From Vicugna vicugna (lineage: Eukaryota), in assembly GCA_013265495.1 (NCBI GenBank), contig MU062119.1, forward strand, positions 930,001 to 994,000: 64,000 nucleotides of DNA, read 5' to 3'. Under the pieces are notes generated by a model that saw nothing but the letters and a program-made list of their open reading frames with translations, did no database searches and was not told where the DNA came from. Position 1 is the first letter of the stretch, and each line of letters begins with the position of its first letter. Positions 1 to 12,993 of this stretch are shown piece after piece. The translations under genes and the position numbers were made by a program.

Positions 1-225
1 GAGTAGGAACTTCAAATTTGTAGCCAAACTGGACAGAAGTATAGGTTGCACCTCAAAACCTGTGGCTGGTGCCTGATGTGGGGGCAGTATTTTGGGAGTG
101 GGTCCTTTAACTTGTATCTGACAGTAACTCCAGGTAAAGTGTCAATTGAATTTTGGACACCCAGTTTGTGTTACTCAGTGTCAGAGAAAACCCCAGACTT
201 GGTATGAAAAAAATATGGACATGAT
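1..225 (+). mobile_element. MER21-like LTR, 3' part (cut by window edge)
   Basis: Contains 'tctgacagtaactccaggtaaagtgtcaattgaattttggacacccag', typical of the MER21C-type LTR 3' end. Paralogous to 20883-21082. Confidence 0.65.
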
Positions 226-229
226 AACC

Positions 230-2650
230 CTATACTTCAAGCTAGATTTAAACAGTTAGAAATACAAGACTGTTGAAGGTTTTTGGCAGACCCTTGCAGC
301 ATGGCTTTACATCGAACTTGTTTTGCAAATGCCATACATAGTTAAATCTCTTGAATAAATGGAAGTGACCACTTTTGAACCGAATGCCCTGAAATGCTAG
401 TTTTCTAGTAGCCTGATCATTTCACTTGGGGGCAGAAATGCTCAGCATATGGTTCATCCCTCTGGAATAACAATGGTGTTAATTACTCCAGTCTGAGGCA
501 TACTGGTAGCCTTGTCAAACTAATCAATTTTATCCATCATGCAGGACTGAATGGTACCACTTACAGAGCTACAAACAATAATCCCTGATGTGAGTGAAAT
601 CACTTCCTTCAGTGGTTCCTGGCAGTAGTTTGCCTGCAAGTTGGCCGTTGCAGGCTTCTGTTATGTAACTTGCTGCCCTGCAGGAACAATCGGCATTTTT
701 AATCTTTAATATCAAGGCATCTAGTGATGGGCTGTATGATAGAATACTTGAGTCCTTACTGCTAAACTTCGTCATTTATGTCCATGCTGTGAAACTACTG
801 AGGTAATGGATACTAAACTCATGCTGATGGGTGTACATAAATGCCTTTATCCCTCTAGAAACGCCATGGTTGTTACATTTAGGACAAAATGCTGCAGTTG
901 CATTTACTTTGAACCTTCATAGGAATAGGACTTAATCATAAAGATTCCCATGCAAATGCTAAATGAGATCCATGGGTGTCCTTTGAGCCCTGAGTACATC
1001 TTACCTTGCCAACATACTTACTGACTGTGCCCATTAGATACATGAACTTCTGTTGGTGTTTCTCAACTGCATTTCTATCCGATTGGTTCAGCCCGTCTTG
1101 AGAGTCTTACCTCTCTTCACTGAAAGGCCTAATTCCAGACTTCGTCTTGTGGGAAGGGGGAAGGAGAACCAGTAAATGGAGAAGAGGCAAATGTAACCTT
1201 CAGTCAAAGCTCAGCCTAGGTGGATTCTGAGAGAAGCCCTACATCTGATCAAAACCAGCCACACAGACAAGGCCTGCATCTATGGCAGGAGGTATCCTGT
1301 GTGGCTCATACCTCGGTCCTGCAGGGATATCTGTACTCCTGGCTTCACCACCTCTTGGTGCAGTTCTTCAGAGACCTACTAAGGATGATTTCTCTTTCCC
1401 AACTCCTTTGAGAAGGAAGATGGGCTTCAGCCTGAAAAGCACAGGTCTAGCAGTCAGTCACTCTGATCATAGACTCAGTGATTGGTATAGTCTTACTCCA
1501 AGCCTTCTTATGTAGGAAGTTGAGACATTCTCTATTTTGAGAATCTCAAATGGAAAGCCTTACACTTCCTGTTTTTTCAACTAAAAACTACTGGGTACAA
1601 ATCTTTGAATTCAAGGATCTCTGCTCATGGAAACTGGGGAGTAGGTCAGCTCATCCTGGCAACTGGCTGTTTATCTCCCCATCACTACCACCCTGTTTAG
1701 TGTGAGGGCGGCCGTGCTGAGCCCTGACCTGTACACCAGGGAATTCCCACCCTATACCTGGGAATTCCCCAGCTTTCTGATTTGAGGACTTCATCTTGCT
1801 TATCTTGGGCCTTTCCTAGATAGGTCACTTTTACCAGGATCTTGAGCTGGTAACTTCTCTCCTCTCACTTTTATCTCTTGAAACTGCTTCTGCCTCATGA
1901 CCATGGAAACCATTCCTCTGAAGATGAGTGATTATGTGTAAAGAATTAGAAGCACTAAGTCACTCACAGCAAAACTGCATTTTAGCTACACTTAATCCCA
2001 GGGCAATTCACCCTGCCCCTCTGATCTTCCTTCTCGCCCTTCTAACTGGGACAGGTTGTCAGGACTCTGCCTGCCTCTGGTATTTCTCAAAATCCTATCA
2101 GTGGGAGATGGGAGAGTCCATCCCAGGACTAGGCTCTTTATATCTATCCTCTGTCTTCAGAGAGCCATCTTGCTGGTGGTGCCCCCTCCCATTGTATGCC
2201 TCAGTGAGTAGTATGTCCTCGAATTACTTGATGCCTGGCTCTAGTGTTTTAGCTTCTGTAAAGCGAAAGCTTCAGACCTGGTGTAGCAAGCTGCACCACA
2301 GAGACCCTCTGTTCTCCAGGAAGAGCTGCTTTTGTGGTGATCTTGAAGACTCATTCATCAGCCATCCTTTATTGAAGGCTCTGGGCTTGGCCTATGAGTA
2401 GATTTTTTCTGATCTTAAGCCTCATTCCATAATGATGTTGCTTCTGAAGATTTCAAACCTTGCAAATCTGTTTTCTTGGTATAACAAGTCCTTATGGCTG
2501 TTAAACCCGATGTAGAGGTTTGGAGTTGTTGCCTTTACAGTTGCCATAACATTGTATAGACTCTTGATCCTTCTCCTGTGTGGATCTGAGTTGAGTGAAG
2601 CCCTGGCATTTAAACTGCACTCAGTTTTCTTCAGAATACAGTCTAGTCAA
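230..2650 (-). mobile_element. Degraded class III (ERVL/HERV16-like) internal region, gag-pro-RT remnants
   Basis: The reverse complement resembles ERVL RT and gag. There are many stops and frameshifts. Colinear with 21085-23560. Confidence 0.6.
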
Positions 2651-3204
2651 GTACTGTAAATAGCCAAAGGGTTCTGTGGTAAATCAGAATTGAGAACTGG
2701 ATTCTGTTTGTCTTTTCCATACTTACAGACTACGTTTTTAACATTTTTATGGGTAGGAAAATAGGGACCTCAGCTGGTAAGGAAGACCTACATGGTAAGG
2801 GTCTTAAAGCAAGCTGAAACGGGGCTAAACATCCATCACAGTTCTGCTCTTCAAACTATTAAATGGTGGTTCTAAACATGTAGATTTTTCACTTTAATAT
2901 ATTAGAAGCTGATTGTGTGCTTTATCTTATGGTATTGATTATGCAAATAAAAGAATATTAAATGTTTACTAGTGTCTCTCCAAACAAGTGATAATTTGTT
3001 TTAGTAATCTTTCTATATAGACAACCCAACTTCTCTGATTCTTATCCAGTCAATTTGCAGCATTAAAATCTCTCCTACTCAGTAACTATTTAGGTTAATC
3101 CTGGTCTGCAATTGTACTGCTCTATCACTGGTGGTAACTGCATTAACACAGAATGAATCAGTGAAAAGAACCATGGAAGTGTGGAGATCTGGAAGATGCC
3201 TCAA

Positions 3205-3262
3205 TGACTTATCCCAATTTTAGAGGAAAGAAACTAAAGGCTTAGAGGTTGTTACTTGCCCT
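3205..3262 (+). mobile_element. MIR core fragment
   Basis: 'cccaattttagaggaaagaaactaaaggcttagaggttgttacttgccc' matches the MIR core. Paralogue near 24140-24200. Confidence 0.55.
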
Positions 3263-3312
3263 TGAATAAATAATATCCATACCACAAGATGCTGAGAATA
3301 TTGGTCTGGCAC

Positions 3313-3678
3313 TGTATTAGTCAGGGACCCCAAGAAAAAGCAAATAGCATGGTCAAATTAGGATAATTCAATGAAGGTCTTACTTACAAAAGGACAAGCT
3401 CACAAAGGAGAATACTATACCCCAGAGCTAGTAGTAAGACTTAAAAACCACCATGCAGCACTCTTGGCTAAAAGGAAAGAAGAGGTGTGCATACTAGATC
3501 TCAGAGGGAGAAGTCAGCTGCCTTATGAGAAATAGGAAACTGCTGTTATAATTTGTCCATCAGTGGGTTCAGAGGGAATAATTGCCCTGATAGGCCCCTC
3601 ATCCCTGTTGACTTCTTGCTGAGACTCTGTCCTGACCCAGACCAGACAGCTCAACAATTCTATAATGAAAAATGTTAC
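3313..3678 (-). mobile_element. ERVL-class solo LTR (LTR33/LTR41/LTR50-like)
   Basis: Starts 'tgtattagtcagggacccc...ggtcaaattaggataattcaatgaagg'. Paralogue at 24237-24625. Confidence 0.5.
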
Positions 3679-3699
3679 AGGCTAGCCTCCCAACAGGGG

Positions 3700-5200
3700 A
3701 CAGAAAGGAGGATACAGAAGGACAAACAACATACATCCAGCATAGACATATGATAACTTTCTGGTATGTCTTGCCAACTCAGGTGCAGTTGTTGAACTTA
3801 ACTCTAGACCCTTCTAAACATAGCTGTATGAATCTAAACTATAGTTGTATGAATGGACTGCAAATAATTCTAAGTCTTACTCTTGCAACCTATCTTTCCA
3901 GCTTTGGCTGCCATATACTGTATCTGACACATCCTTCTGGGACTAGTTTGAAAGAATCTGACTATCCACCTGCTTGAATGTTTTTTATGTGACCCTCTAA
4001 TCTTGTTTTCATATCCCAAGGTTTCACATCCAGCAAAAGGGAAGACATGTCTTCCTTAATAGTGGTGAGAGTCTTCTAGCTTCTTTTCACTATTGCCTTC
4101 ATCAGGCACAGAGAAGTCAATCTTGGGATCATCTCTCATCTATGGCTCTACACTCTGTGATGTCTTTACATGTTGGCCAAAGCTTATACCTGACAGTGAC
4201 ACAATGAAACATAAGCACGTCATCACCGCGCATGTCACAGTACATGTCGGCATGTGCTGGGCTATAGATTGCGTCAGTACTGCAACACCAGCCTGAGTCA
4301 GTATATACTCCTCAATTCAACTCATCCTAACCGTTGTAGCACATGTACTAATGGGGGTGGGGTGCGAACCTTCGATCTCTGAAATCCAGGTTGGTGGCTG
4401 TCTTTGGGTGCGGGGCAGCTGTAGAGGAACAAAAGAAACCAGTTCGCCATAAAGGTCCCTGGCACTAGTTCCTTTACATAGAAACCATTTCTTGAATTCT
4501 GAGTTACCTGCTAAAATTGTTAGCCTCTCAAGTTAGGAAATCTTCGTTTGTAACATTTGTGTGACCGCTTAGGTCTCTTTCTCCCCCTTCTCCCTCAGCG
4601 CCGGGCACCAATAGCTAATAGTGACCCAGGTCCTCTGTCTACAAAGTGGAGCTGGTTGTGTCTCATTTTAGGACTATATGGACCATTGGCAGGAAGAACT
4701 GAGCATCCTGGACTTCAATATTGCCAAAAAGCAGCTAAGAGCTCATACAAAGTCCTGTAGTTGTATGACCTCTTGATCTGTTAAGGTCACTATCTAAAGT
4801 ACCCCTAAAAGTCTGGAATAGATAAATCCTTTCAACTTGTACAGAACTGAAGTCCTCAGAGAGGCTGAGACCAGCTCTGCACAGATTTGGAAAATGGCAC
4901 TCTTCTGTCACAGGGACTTCTCTTGACTTCGGTAGTTCTCAGAGAGGCTACTTTATCCTTTCTCGGGATAAAGATTCCTCAGGGGCCCATCCTGACATGC
5001 CCATTCCTTAAATAAGGCTTATATCTGGTGTTGCCACTTGAGGCAGGGGGTTTTATTTTCTCTCAGAAATAAGAAGACATTGGCTGGGCTGAAATCTTTC
5101 AAGTCCTAACTAGGATCCAAGAGTCCAGGGGTGGGACCCTCAGTTCAGGACCTTCACAGGAACGCTTTAAGCAGTTAGAAACTACATGCACCAAATCTGA
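3700..5200 (-). mobile_element. MaLR (MLT1-type) internal sequence, degraded
   Basis: Reverse-complement motifs such as 'ggcttatttaaggaatgggcatgtcaggatgggcccc' and 'gccattttccaaatctgtgcagagctgg' resemble MLT1-int. Paralogue at 24640-26220. Confidence 0.45.
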
Positions 5201-5229
5201 ATAACATGAAGCTGAGTCAGACCCAAGAA

Positions 5230-5635
5230 GGAATCAGAAGTTCAAAATGCTTACTGTGGTTCACATCTAAGAAAGATAAAGGGGGGGAGGGACAGGATTA
5301 GGCGGAGAGAAACTTTACACTGTTTTGTAGGTCTAACACTTGTGAAAAGAAGTGGGGAGGAAACAACGAATAGGTAGCAATTCAGAACTGCAGTGCACCC
5401 ATTTCGGCCGGCCCGCCAGGGAGCTCCAGCAAAGACTGCCCATAGAAGAATCTTCTTTGAATGGAAATACCCAGGCTCCACTCCCGCAGTGCCCAATTGC
5501 TGGGTGGGAGCTTCTGGGAAGAGCATGGCCTCAGCTCGAGCACTACTGGATCTGCAGCAGCAGGTCAGTTCTTCTGGAGGGGGGATCTGAGGAGTGTACT
5601 TCTGGGGCTGCCGTGGGAGCAAGAGTGGAAGACAC
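5230..5635 (-). mobile_element. LTR16-like LTR
   Basis: 'ctgcagtgca...agcaaagactgccc...gggaagagcatggcctcag...gggatctgagga' matches the reverse complement of the LTR16 consensus. Paralogue at 26230-26640. Confidence 0.65.
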
Positions 5636-5779
5636 TCCGTGACAACGTGATAACTGACTCACCAGGAATTATTGAGGATGTTAAGTTGAACAAAGCAGCC
5701 AGGCAGGACTTCTTGGCACAGGCCTGAAATGGAACTGGGGCCTTTAAAACTGAACATAGAATTTTATCTTGCCTTGGAA

Positions 5780-8700
5780 TAGCCAAGATAGAAATTCAAA
5801 CATTGCATCCTGGAAGAAACTGTCCCTACTATGTGCCATTGTAAATCTTAGTGATAGAGGATGCAAGAGAAAAACCTTGCCACCAAGAAGTTTAAATTAA
5901 TGTAAGTTAAACATTAAGTAAACTCTCCGGTACACTAGAAAATGTTCACGCTATAAATCAAATGAGGATAAAGGTATTAATCCATACCTGGGTACAAGGA
6001 TCTAAACTTTAAATTGGGTGGTCAGAGCTGAATTCACTAAAAGAACATTGACCCCAAAACTAAGGTTAGGGGATAAGCAGGGAGCTATCTGAAGGGGCAG
6101 ACAGATGCTGGGATCCTGCTGGCACATTCCAGGCAGGCTAAAACAGCCACTCCCAGAGGTTCCCAGAAGATAGGGGGCAGAAGGAGTGATTCTCTCTAGT
6201 TCCTGTTCCACGTTGAGGGAGACTTAACACTGGTGCTAAATTTCAGTGCAGTACATAGAAGATGAAATGTCAGGAATCAGTCACTCTCTGACCCAAGCTT
6301 TCTAATTATCTGCTTTACTAGACAAAAATGTCTGTCATTCTGCCATTTGAGGAATCCAGCAAGCTGAAGTTGGATCCTAGAAGAAAAAGCTAAGGATGGC
6401 TCCTTTGGCCATTTAGTCCTCGATTAGACAGTGCCTGCCTGTTTAGTGTGTCTGCATCACAGATGCTCCTGTACTGTAACTTTCTAGGACAGAAGCACAC
6501 AAATTCAGTTTCTTGACCTCTCAAGTGCTTTTCTCTGACAACTTGGAGGCTTCAAATTTGTTAGGACAGAGCATGGCCTCTGCCTCCTTAAATATATTCA
6601 CTACTTTTCCCATTTGCTCATTGAGGCTCTGAGTTTTGCTTTAACTGGCTAAAGAAGTTTGCCATAACGGCCGAACAGCTCAGAACCCGAATTACAGGTG
6701 GCTTTTCTGTCTCTGAATAGACGTTCTCCACACACTAGGCAAAAGAATATATGGAAGATGCCACCTCTCCGCTGTGACTGGGTGAACAGTGTGGGATGCG
6801 TACCTGCATCAGAGGTGAATGGTTTGTAGGTGGCTCTGAGGACAGATCAGTTCATCCTAGAGATTAGTACTTTTAGGGTAAAACTTTTATTCTTGTAAGT
6901 TAAGGTATTTCTTCGGAAAAACAGAAGCTTTTAAATCTGAGGGCCCATAATACCACTTATCTTTAAAATTTAATCATTAGATATATGGATTGTTCTGTAT
7001 AGGGGAAGGTTGGTGTCACTTTTCTTCTTCCACATGATCAGTTATGCTAAACCCATTTTGAAATACCTAATTGAAAGAGTGATAGTGGACAGTTAGGCAT
7101 CACACCTCACATCCCGGTGATGTAGGTGAGCCTGAAATTAGTCCTAAGAAACTTAAGACTCTTCAGAGTCTGGAGCTGCCTCATCTCCTGTCTGGGATGG
7201 TGTGACGTGGACCAGGACCATGCCCAAGCTGGCTGCATCCTGGACAAATCATGGCCAAGGATACTGGAGGTAATGAGCAGCATTCCAACTCTCCTTTTGA
7301 GCATGAGGCTGCATGTCACAGGTGACTGGGAGATGTAAGAATCTGAAGAGAAATTTGAATTACTCCCGTACAACTGGAAGATTCTCATCAAGCTTCCAAT
7401 ACTTGTAGCTCCATTTATTTTTGAAGCAGAGTAGAAGTCCAAAGAACTCTTGGTCATAAAATTCAATTAGTACGTCAGCCCTGAACTTTATCTGTAATGG
7501 AGGCCAGAAATGACAAGTAGTTCTTGACTAATGTTGCAAGTCCAGATCTTTTATATAAAAGCTGAGCATTATATATATATTTCAATGATTCCAGAAACAC
7601 AGAGGTGTGAGCCTACTTCTGAACAGACACCAATGTTGTCCGGCATCAGAGGTGACTAATGAGTCAAGATTGTTGATGGATGAATTAATAGGTTTTTAAT
7701 CACATCCAAGGAAGGTAGGAGATCCATTATGAGAGCTCAGAATTATTTCTTTCAGGCTCAAGTAGAAAGATAGATCCCAAAATGTGTCTTGGGATTCTAC
7801 AGTAGTACCTGGCAAGAATGTGGAAGAGGAATCTGGCTCCTCTTTAGTCATCTTTCCTATCTTGGTCACTACTGCCAGCCTAGAAAATCATATCCCTGGT
7901 AGTAGATCCTGAAGGTCCGACAGGTGGAGACTGTTGCCCATCTACACACCTTGAAAGATGCCACAGTCAATACTAGGATTAATATATAATCATATTTGAT
8001 TTTACCGGAGGGAAAAAAAAAACAAATGAGCTTCGTCTCAGGGGCCATGTTTTATACTAACCAGAATAGTACCTTGAGAGATCCCACAGTTTTTCTATGC
8101 ATCAGGGAAGAGTGCTGGGTTGAATAATCGTGCATTCAGCAAAGACTATAACATCAGTGCTGTGCAAAAGACTTGCCGGCTTTGCCTGTTCTGAAGGCTT
8201 ACTTCAATTCTTCTCAATTTTAGGAACGTGAACTGAGATAGGAGACTTAGAAAGTAATCTCAACCCTTGAACAATGTTAGTAGGTATTCTCTTAGATTAT
8301 GTTGACTTCATTGCTAAGAACTTGCTATAAAAAAAAATCCCATCTTGTATATTTTGTTAGTGACTTCACTGCATAGTACAGCGGTAGAACATGGAGAAAG
8401 TATTGGTGTTTCTGCTTGGTTGAGTTTGCACAGACAACCAGATCAGATTCCTTAACTTTTCTATGTATACAAAGTCACATTTTTATGACATTAAAAAAAA
8501 AATCTAAGTTCAGTGCAATACCCATTGTATGTATCTTTTTACATGCTTAGTTCAGCCTGGCCAATATGTTGCCTACATTTAAACCAATATGAATCCTATT
8601 ACTGACAGAATGGTGCTCCTTGTACCTGTGAGGTCAGGTTCATCACCCTTGAGGCTGCTAAGAAATCCTACTGTTTCCCAGGATAATATCTACATCAATA

Positions 8701-9870
8701 AGAGTGCTTATGAGTAATCTCAATTTGGTAGCAATTTCTGAAGCACTTATCAATGACAAGTGTTTATTCCTTCTGAATCTGAAAGGTAGAAAACTGAGTT
8801 TTGGCAGAAAAATAGAACTTCCAACTCCAAATGGTACTGGAGAAGGCCTGACCTTTCTAAACTTAACAGATATGTTTGTATTATGGTCTGTCTTCAGATT
8901 ATAAAACCTTATGGTGAAGAAATATTACAGTGTATTGACTGACTTCTTAATATTCCAGAAGGCTAAGCAGCACAGGAATAGATAGATGAGGACCTTGTTC
9001 AACCAGGGCATGTATTAACTTCACATTTATGGACATTCTCTTCCTGTTACCAGGACACAAGAGGGAATGTAGGTGAACAACATACCATTCCTGCTTTTAG
9101 CACTTCGAAATTTTTATGAGGGATATGTAGATACTCAGTTGCAAGTGTAAAAGAAAAAAAAAAAAAGGAAGTCATCTATACACTAAAGCTCAGATCCACT
9201 GCTTTAAAGAAATCTGTTTCTGCTTCCTACACTGAGTGAGCAGATATTTCAACTGCCAAGAGCTTCCTGCACACTTTAGAAGCCTTGTTTCCCTCACCAA
9301 GTATTTCTGCAAGGCAGCACTGAGAGGGACTGAATTTTCAGGGGGAGAGTTCACTGGGGCTTTCAAGTAAGTACCACTCCCTGCTTGTGTGCCCCAAATA
9401 TGCTGAGCCTTTTGCAGGAGGGAGAAGGAGCAAAATGCTTCCTGCCCTCAGTCACAGAGAACCAAGTAAGACCGGGCTACTTGTAGTATGAATTCGGTTT
9501 AGAATGTACTTTCTAATTTCAGTGTGTTACCAATTAGTTTGGAAGATATTTATCTCTAGAATAAACATGTCTGGTTTCTGTGGAAGGCATCTGTGAAAGG
9601 CTTGAGAATACAAATTTTTAGCCTTGAAGTTCCATTTTGGGATATCCTATGAGAAATAGAATTATTAGTTTTTACAAGTCATTCAACTGTCTTGGCCTAC
9701 CATGTACTTTAGGGTTTAAAAAGTTTGAACATGCTAAGCTACAAAGACCACTACATAATAGAGACTATACATAAATATGTTATATACACCTTAGTTCTAT
9801 AAATTAAGAAAATATTTAAATACAAAGCTTTGGTTTAAAGGGACACTGAGGTCATCTTATTTGATAGTAA
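5780..9870. repeat. Amplified composite unit, copy alpha (ERVL RT end | L2 | unassigned core | LTR16 fragment)
   Basis: Colinear with 34880-38700 and 44890-48400, and partly with 31360-32300 and 32535-33600. Examples: 6540-7560 ~ 35730-36790; 7885-8200 ~ 37440-37740; 8940-9870 ~ 37730-38700. Confidence 0.85.
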
Positions 9871-10199
9871 CCTATGGTCCCAGGGTTAATCACTGAATGT
9901 TAATGGGACCAGAATAGTATCATGCTAGGAAAACAAGACCATAAAGAGCCATCAGGGATTTGGCTACTGACTGGGATGTCTAGAGAACAGTCCATGCAAA
10001 ATTTCTGATATGTAAGGGCAGTTAATGTACACTCTTCTCATATATCCTTCCAATTTGCCACAGTAAGAGATAGCCTTTGGCACAAGATGCTCCCACTGTT
10101 ATCTTTTGTTCACCTACCAAAAGTGAACATTATACCAGCCAGTTGGTAAGTGATCCAATTCCAAAATCCAGTCTTGGACACTGCTTTCTTGTCCCACTC

Positions 10200-10868
10200 C
10201 TCCTAGTCGTGTTCCCTGGATCCCAAGAAAAATATAAGGAAGCTCAGATTTACAGGATAGCTCTGAGCAAGTCTCAGCTAGAGCACTGTGGGTTTCTAGG
10301 GCAAAAAATTACCTATAGAAGATTCTCCTTGAGCAAGAAAGACCCAGACTTAATAACAAGCCATGCTTAGTCATTGGCTCTGAGCACCTGAGAATGTGGT
10401 CTTCATACAAATGCTTCAAGAAAAAAAAAATGTGAAGATGTGTTGATTGGAGGGTATAACTATCCTCCTTATAGGACCTTCTTAATGTTTATGCTGCTAG
10501 AGTCAAATATTCCTGTCTTCAACCACGGAAAATCTACTAAGTAAGGGGGAACACGATATTGTTCTAAATTAATCATTGGATAATTCAAGAAACATTTGAG
10601 AGATTTATCTAATAGAAGATTCTGTTCAGAAAGAACTTGTATACTAAAGAAATGCAATCACGTGGTAACCTTTTAAGTTCAATCAAAGGGACTAGAAGAA
10701 CCATGATTTTAGAAACAAGACATGCCATAATGTCACCTAACCACTGATCATCGTCCATAAGAACTAGCCAGGGATGTCAGACTCCAATTATCATAATCTG
10801 AGAATGAGGGAATTTATAGATCTTGATATCTTCCCAATTAAAGATACCAACAAAAGCCGCATTCCAGC
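10200..10868. mobile_element. LTR16-like fragment plus adjacent shared module
   Basis: Closely matches 50440-50920 ('gagcaagaaagacccagacttaataacaag') and, more loosely, 30420-30830. Confidence 0.6.
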
Positions 10869-11484
10869 ACTCTAACTAGCAAATTTGGCAACTTGTATTT
10901 CTAGTCCTTGCACCTTTTGGGCTCAGCTTGATAGGAGAGTAGGTTGGCTCACCCCCTTGAAATTGTGCCAAGTCTTGCTGTTGGAAACATTGACATAATT
11001 CAGAACTGGTAACTTGATGTTGAGGTTACCATGACTAGAAAATAAGAGACAGGGATGAGAAGTGACCAGGCTCACCTATTTCCTAGATGGCATTCGTTTT
11101 CCCAACTGTTTTGGTGGGAGTGCAAACTTGTTTTCGTACTTTTTCCAGTGGCATTAACCTGGTCTGGGTAGAGGAGGTTGGGATGAAAGAGGAAACAGAA
11201 GATGAAGAACCTTGAGTAATTAGTCTAACTTTAAAAGTTACGCTTGCAGACTTTTGATTATATGTCACAATAAATTAGAAGTGGCTGGAAAAATTGTTAA
11301 AGGCACAACCAAGGGTGATCAGTATGATCACATGCAGACAGAGGTTTTGGATGATATTATCTGACACCAACAGAGACCACCTGCCTTTGCCAATGCTTGG
11401 GAAAGACTTGTCATTGAATTGTCCTTCCAAGTCCTGGGGGGTCAGAATCAACAAGGAAGCATGACAGAAGAGAAGGGCAATCAT
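10869..11484 (-). pseudogene. env SU N-terminal fragment (copy 1)
   Basis: ATG at 11484 (MIALLFCHASLLIL), then frameshifted TWKDNSMTSLSQALAKAGG. Truncated at about 10869. Confidence 0.75.
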
Positions 11485-12126
11485 GTTTCTAGTTCAATGT
11501 GTGGATTTAGAAGTGTCAAGCAGGTAATCTAACAAGCAGTTACTGGTTACTTCAGGAGAATGAATTCTAAATAGCAGTTGGAGACCTATCAGGGATTTAC
11601 TTGTCCATTCGGAGACGTCAGTATGTGGAGTGTGGAGCCAGGCAAAGTTGGGGTGGCTACGGTCATCATCTCCTACAGCATGGTTCTAATTCCCTATGAG
11701 GTTTCTATAGACAGGAGGTGCCCCTGGGGATCCTTGTGGAGCCAGCTTAACTCAAGTGTGATGAATCCATGGCTTGACCCATTTTTAATATCACTGAGGA
11801 ATGGGTCACTACTAGCACCTCAAAGTCTGGTTCAGCAAGGATGGAGCTGGGTTCTGGATGCTTATTTTTCCAAGATTTCAATAGGAACATCTGTGGGAAA
11901 CATCAGCCCGCTAGAAGCACACTTATGTAAAGAAGTTAGAGTAGCTCCCAATGATGGTATGTACCTGTCAGTGTCGTTCCTTGATTCTAGTTCTCTCGGG
12001 GTCTCTTAAATCATTTCTAAAACCTAGAAAGGGGCTCCCATATAACATTTCATTGGGGGCTTAACTGGAGCTTGCTTTTTAAGGGCCACCCTCACCCGAA
12101 GCAGGGAACCTAGGAAGTAGTTCTTA

Positions 12127-12993
12127 TTTTTTTTTTAATTAATGGAAAACTAAGTTTAATGTAACTTTCTGAAAAGAAATGAAATAACGGCATTTAAAAT
12201 TAAAGAAAATGTATAGTTTTGAAAGTGTTACATTTAAAAAAATATATAGCAACTGAGTTTTATTTATTTATTTTTATTTGATTTCATGTGTTCTTTTTTT
12301 TAACATTTTGATTTATAATCATTTTACAATGTTGTGTCAAATTCCAGTGTTCAGCACAATTTTTCAGTTATTCATGGACATATACACACTCATTGTCACA
12401 TTTTTTTCTCTGAGTTATCATAACATTTTGTGTATATTTCCCTGTGCTATACAGTGTAATCTTGTTTATCTATTCTCCAATTTTGAAATCCCAGTCTATC
12501 CCTTCCCACCCTCCACCCCCCTGGTAACCACAAGTCTGTATTCTCTGTCTGTGAGTCTATTTCTGTCCTGTATTTACACTTTGTTTTTGTTTGTTTGTTT
12601 TTGTTTTTTAGCTTCCACATATGAGCAATCTCATATGGTATTTTTCTTTCTCTTTCTGGCTTACTTCACTTAGAATGACATTCTCCAGGAGCATCCATGT
12701 TGCTGCAAATGNNNNNNNNNNNNNNNNNNNNNNNNNNNNNNNNNNNNNNNNNNNNNNNNNNNNNNNNNNNNNNNNNNNNNNNNNNNNNNNNNNNNNNNNN
12801 NNNNNNNNNNNNNNNNNNNNNNNNNNNNNNNNNNNNNNNNNNNNNNNNNNNNNNNNNNNNNNNNNNTCCTGAAGTAGGGTTCCTTCTGGATACAAGCTCA
12901 GGAGTGGGATTCCTGGGTCATATGGTAAGTCTATTCCTAGTCTTTTGAGGAATCTCCACGCTGTTTTCCATAATGGCTGCACCAAACTGCATT
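12127..12993 (-). mobile_element. 5'-truncated young L1 with a probable 3' transduction
   Basis: ORF2 C-terminus (WKTAWRFLKRLGIDLPYDPGIPLL...LENVILSEVSQKEKEKYHM) and 3'UTR. The poly(A) appears as T tracts at ~12294-12301 and 12127-12136. Confidence 0.9.
12712..12866. other. Assembly gap (155 N) inside L1
   Basis: N run. Confidence 1.

Noticed and set aside
1928-2401. 157-aa + strand ORF (longest gap-free ORF) and similar 60-140 aa ORFs throughout
   Set aside because: These are antisense or off-frame readings of decayed ERV sequence. The paralogue at 22839-23129 is interrupted, and no protein family is recognisable.
6200-6300. Tandem C/D-box snoRNA array idea (CTGA-CCCA/TCCA ends resemble SNORD113-116 3' ends)
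   Set aside because: There is no conserved RTGATGA C box or 5' terminal stem 70-100 nt upstream in any of the five copies.
7102-7129. Small hairpin cacctcacatc/gatgtaggtg
   Set aside because: About 10-bp stem, too short for a pre-miRNA, and not conserved in the delta or epsilon copies.
7107-7466. Homologous minus-strand ORFs in core copies (119 aa here, 100 aa at 36356-36658, fragments at 46348-46660)
   Set aside because: The frames diverge after 'SRM.P' between alpha and delta, and the epsilon copy is split across frames. I recognise no domain. This is most likely neutral similarity between duplicates; a dN/dS test could revisit it.
12608-12985. ORFs spanning the first gap
   Set aside because: L1 ORF2 C-terminus plus an N run; not host genes.
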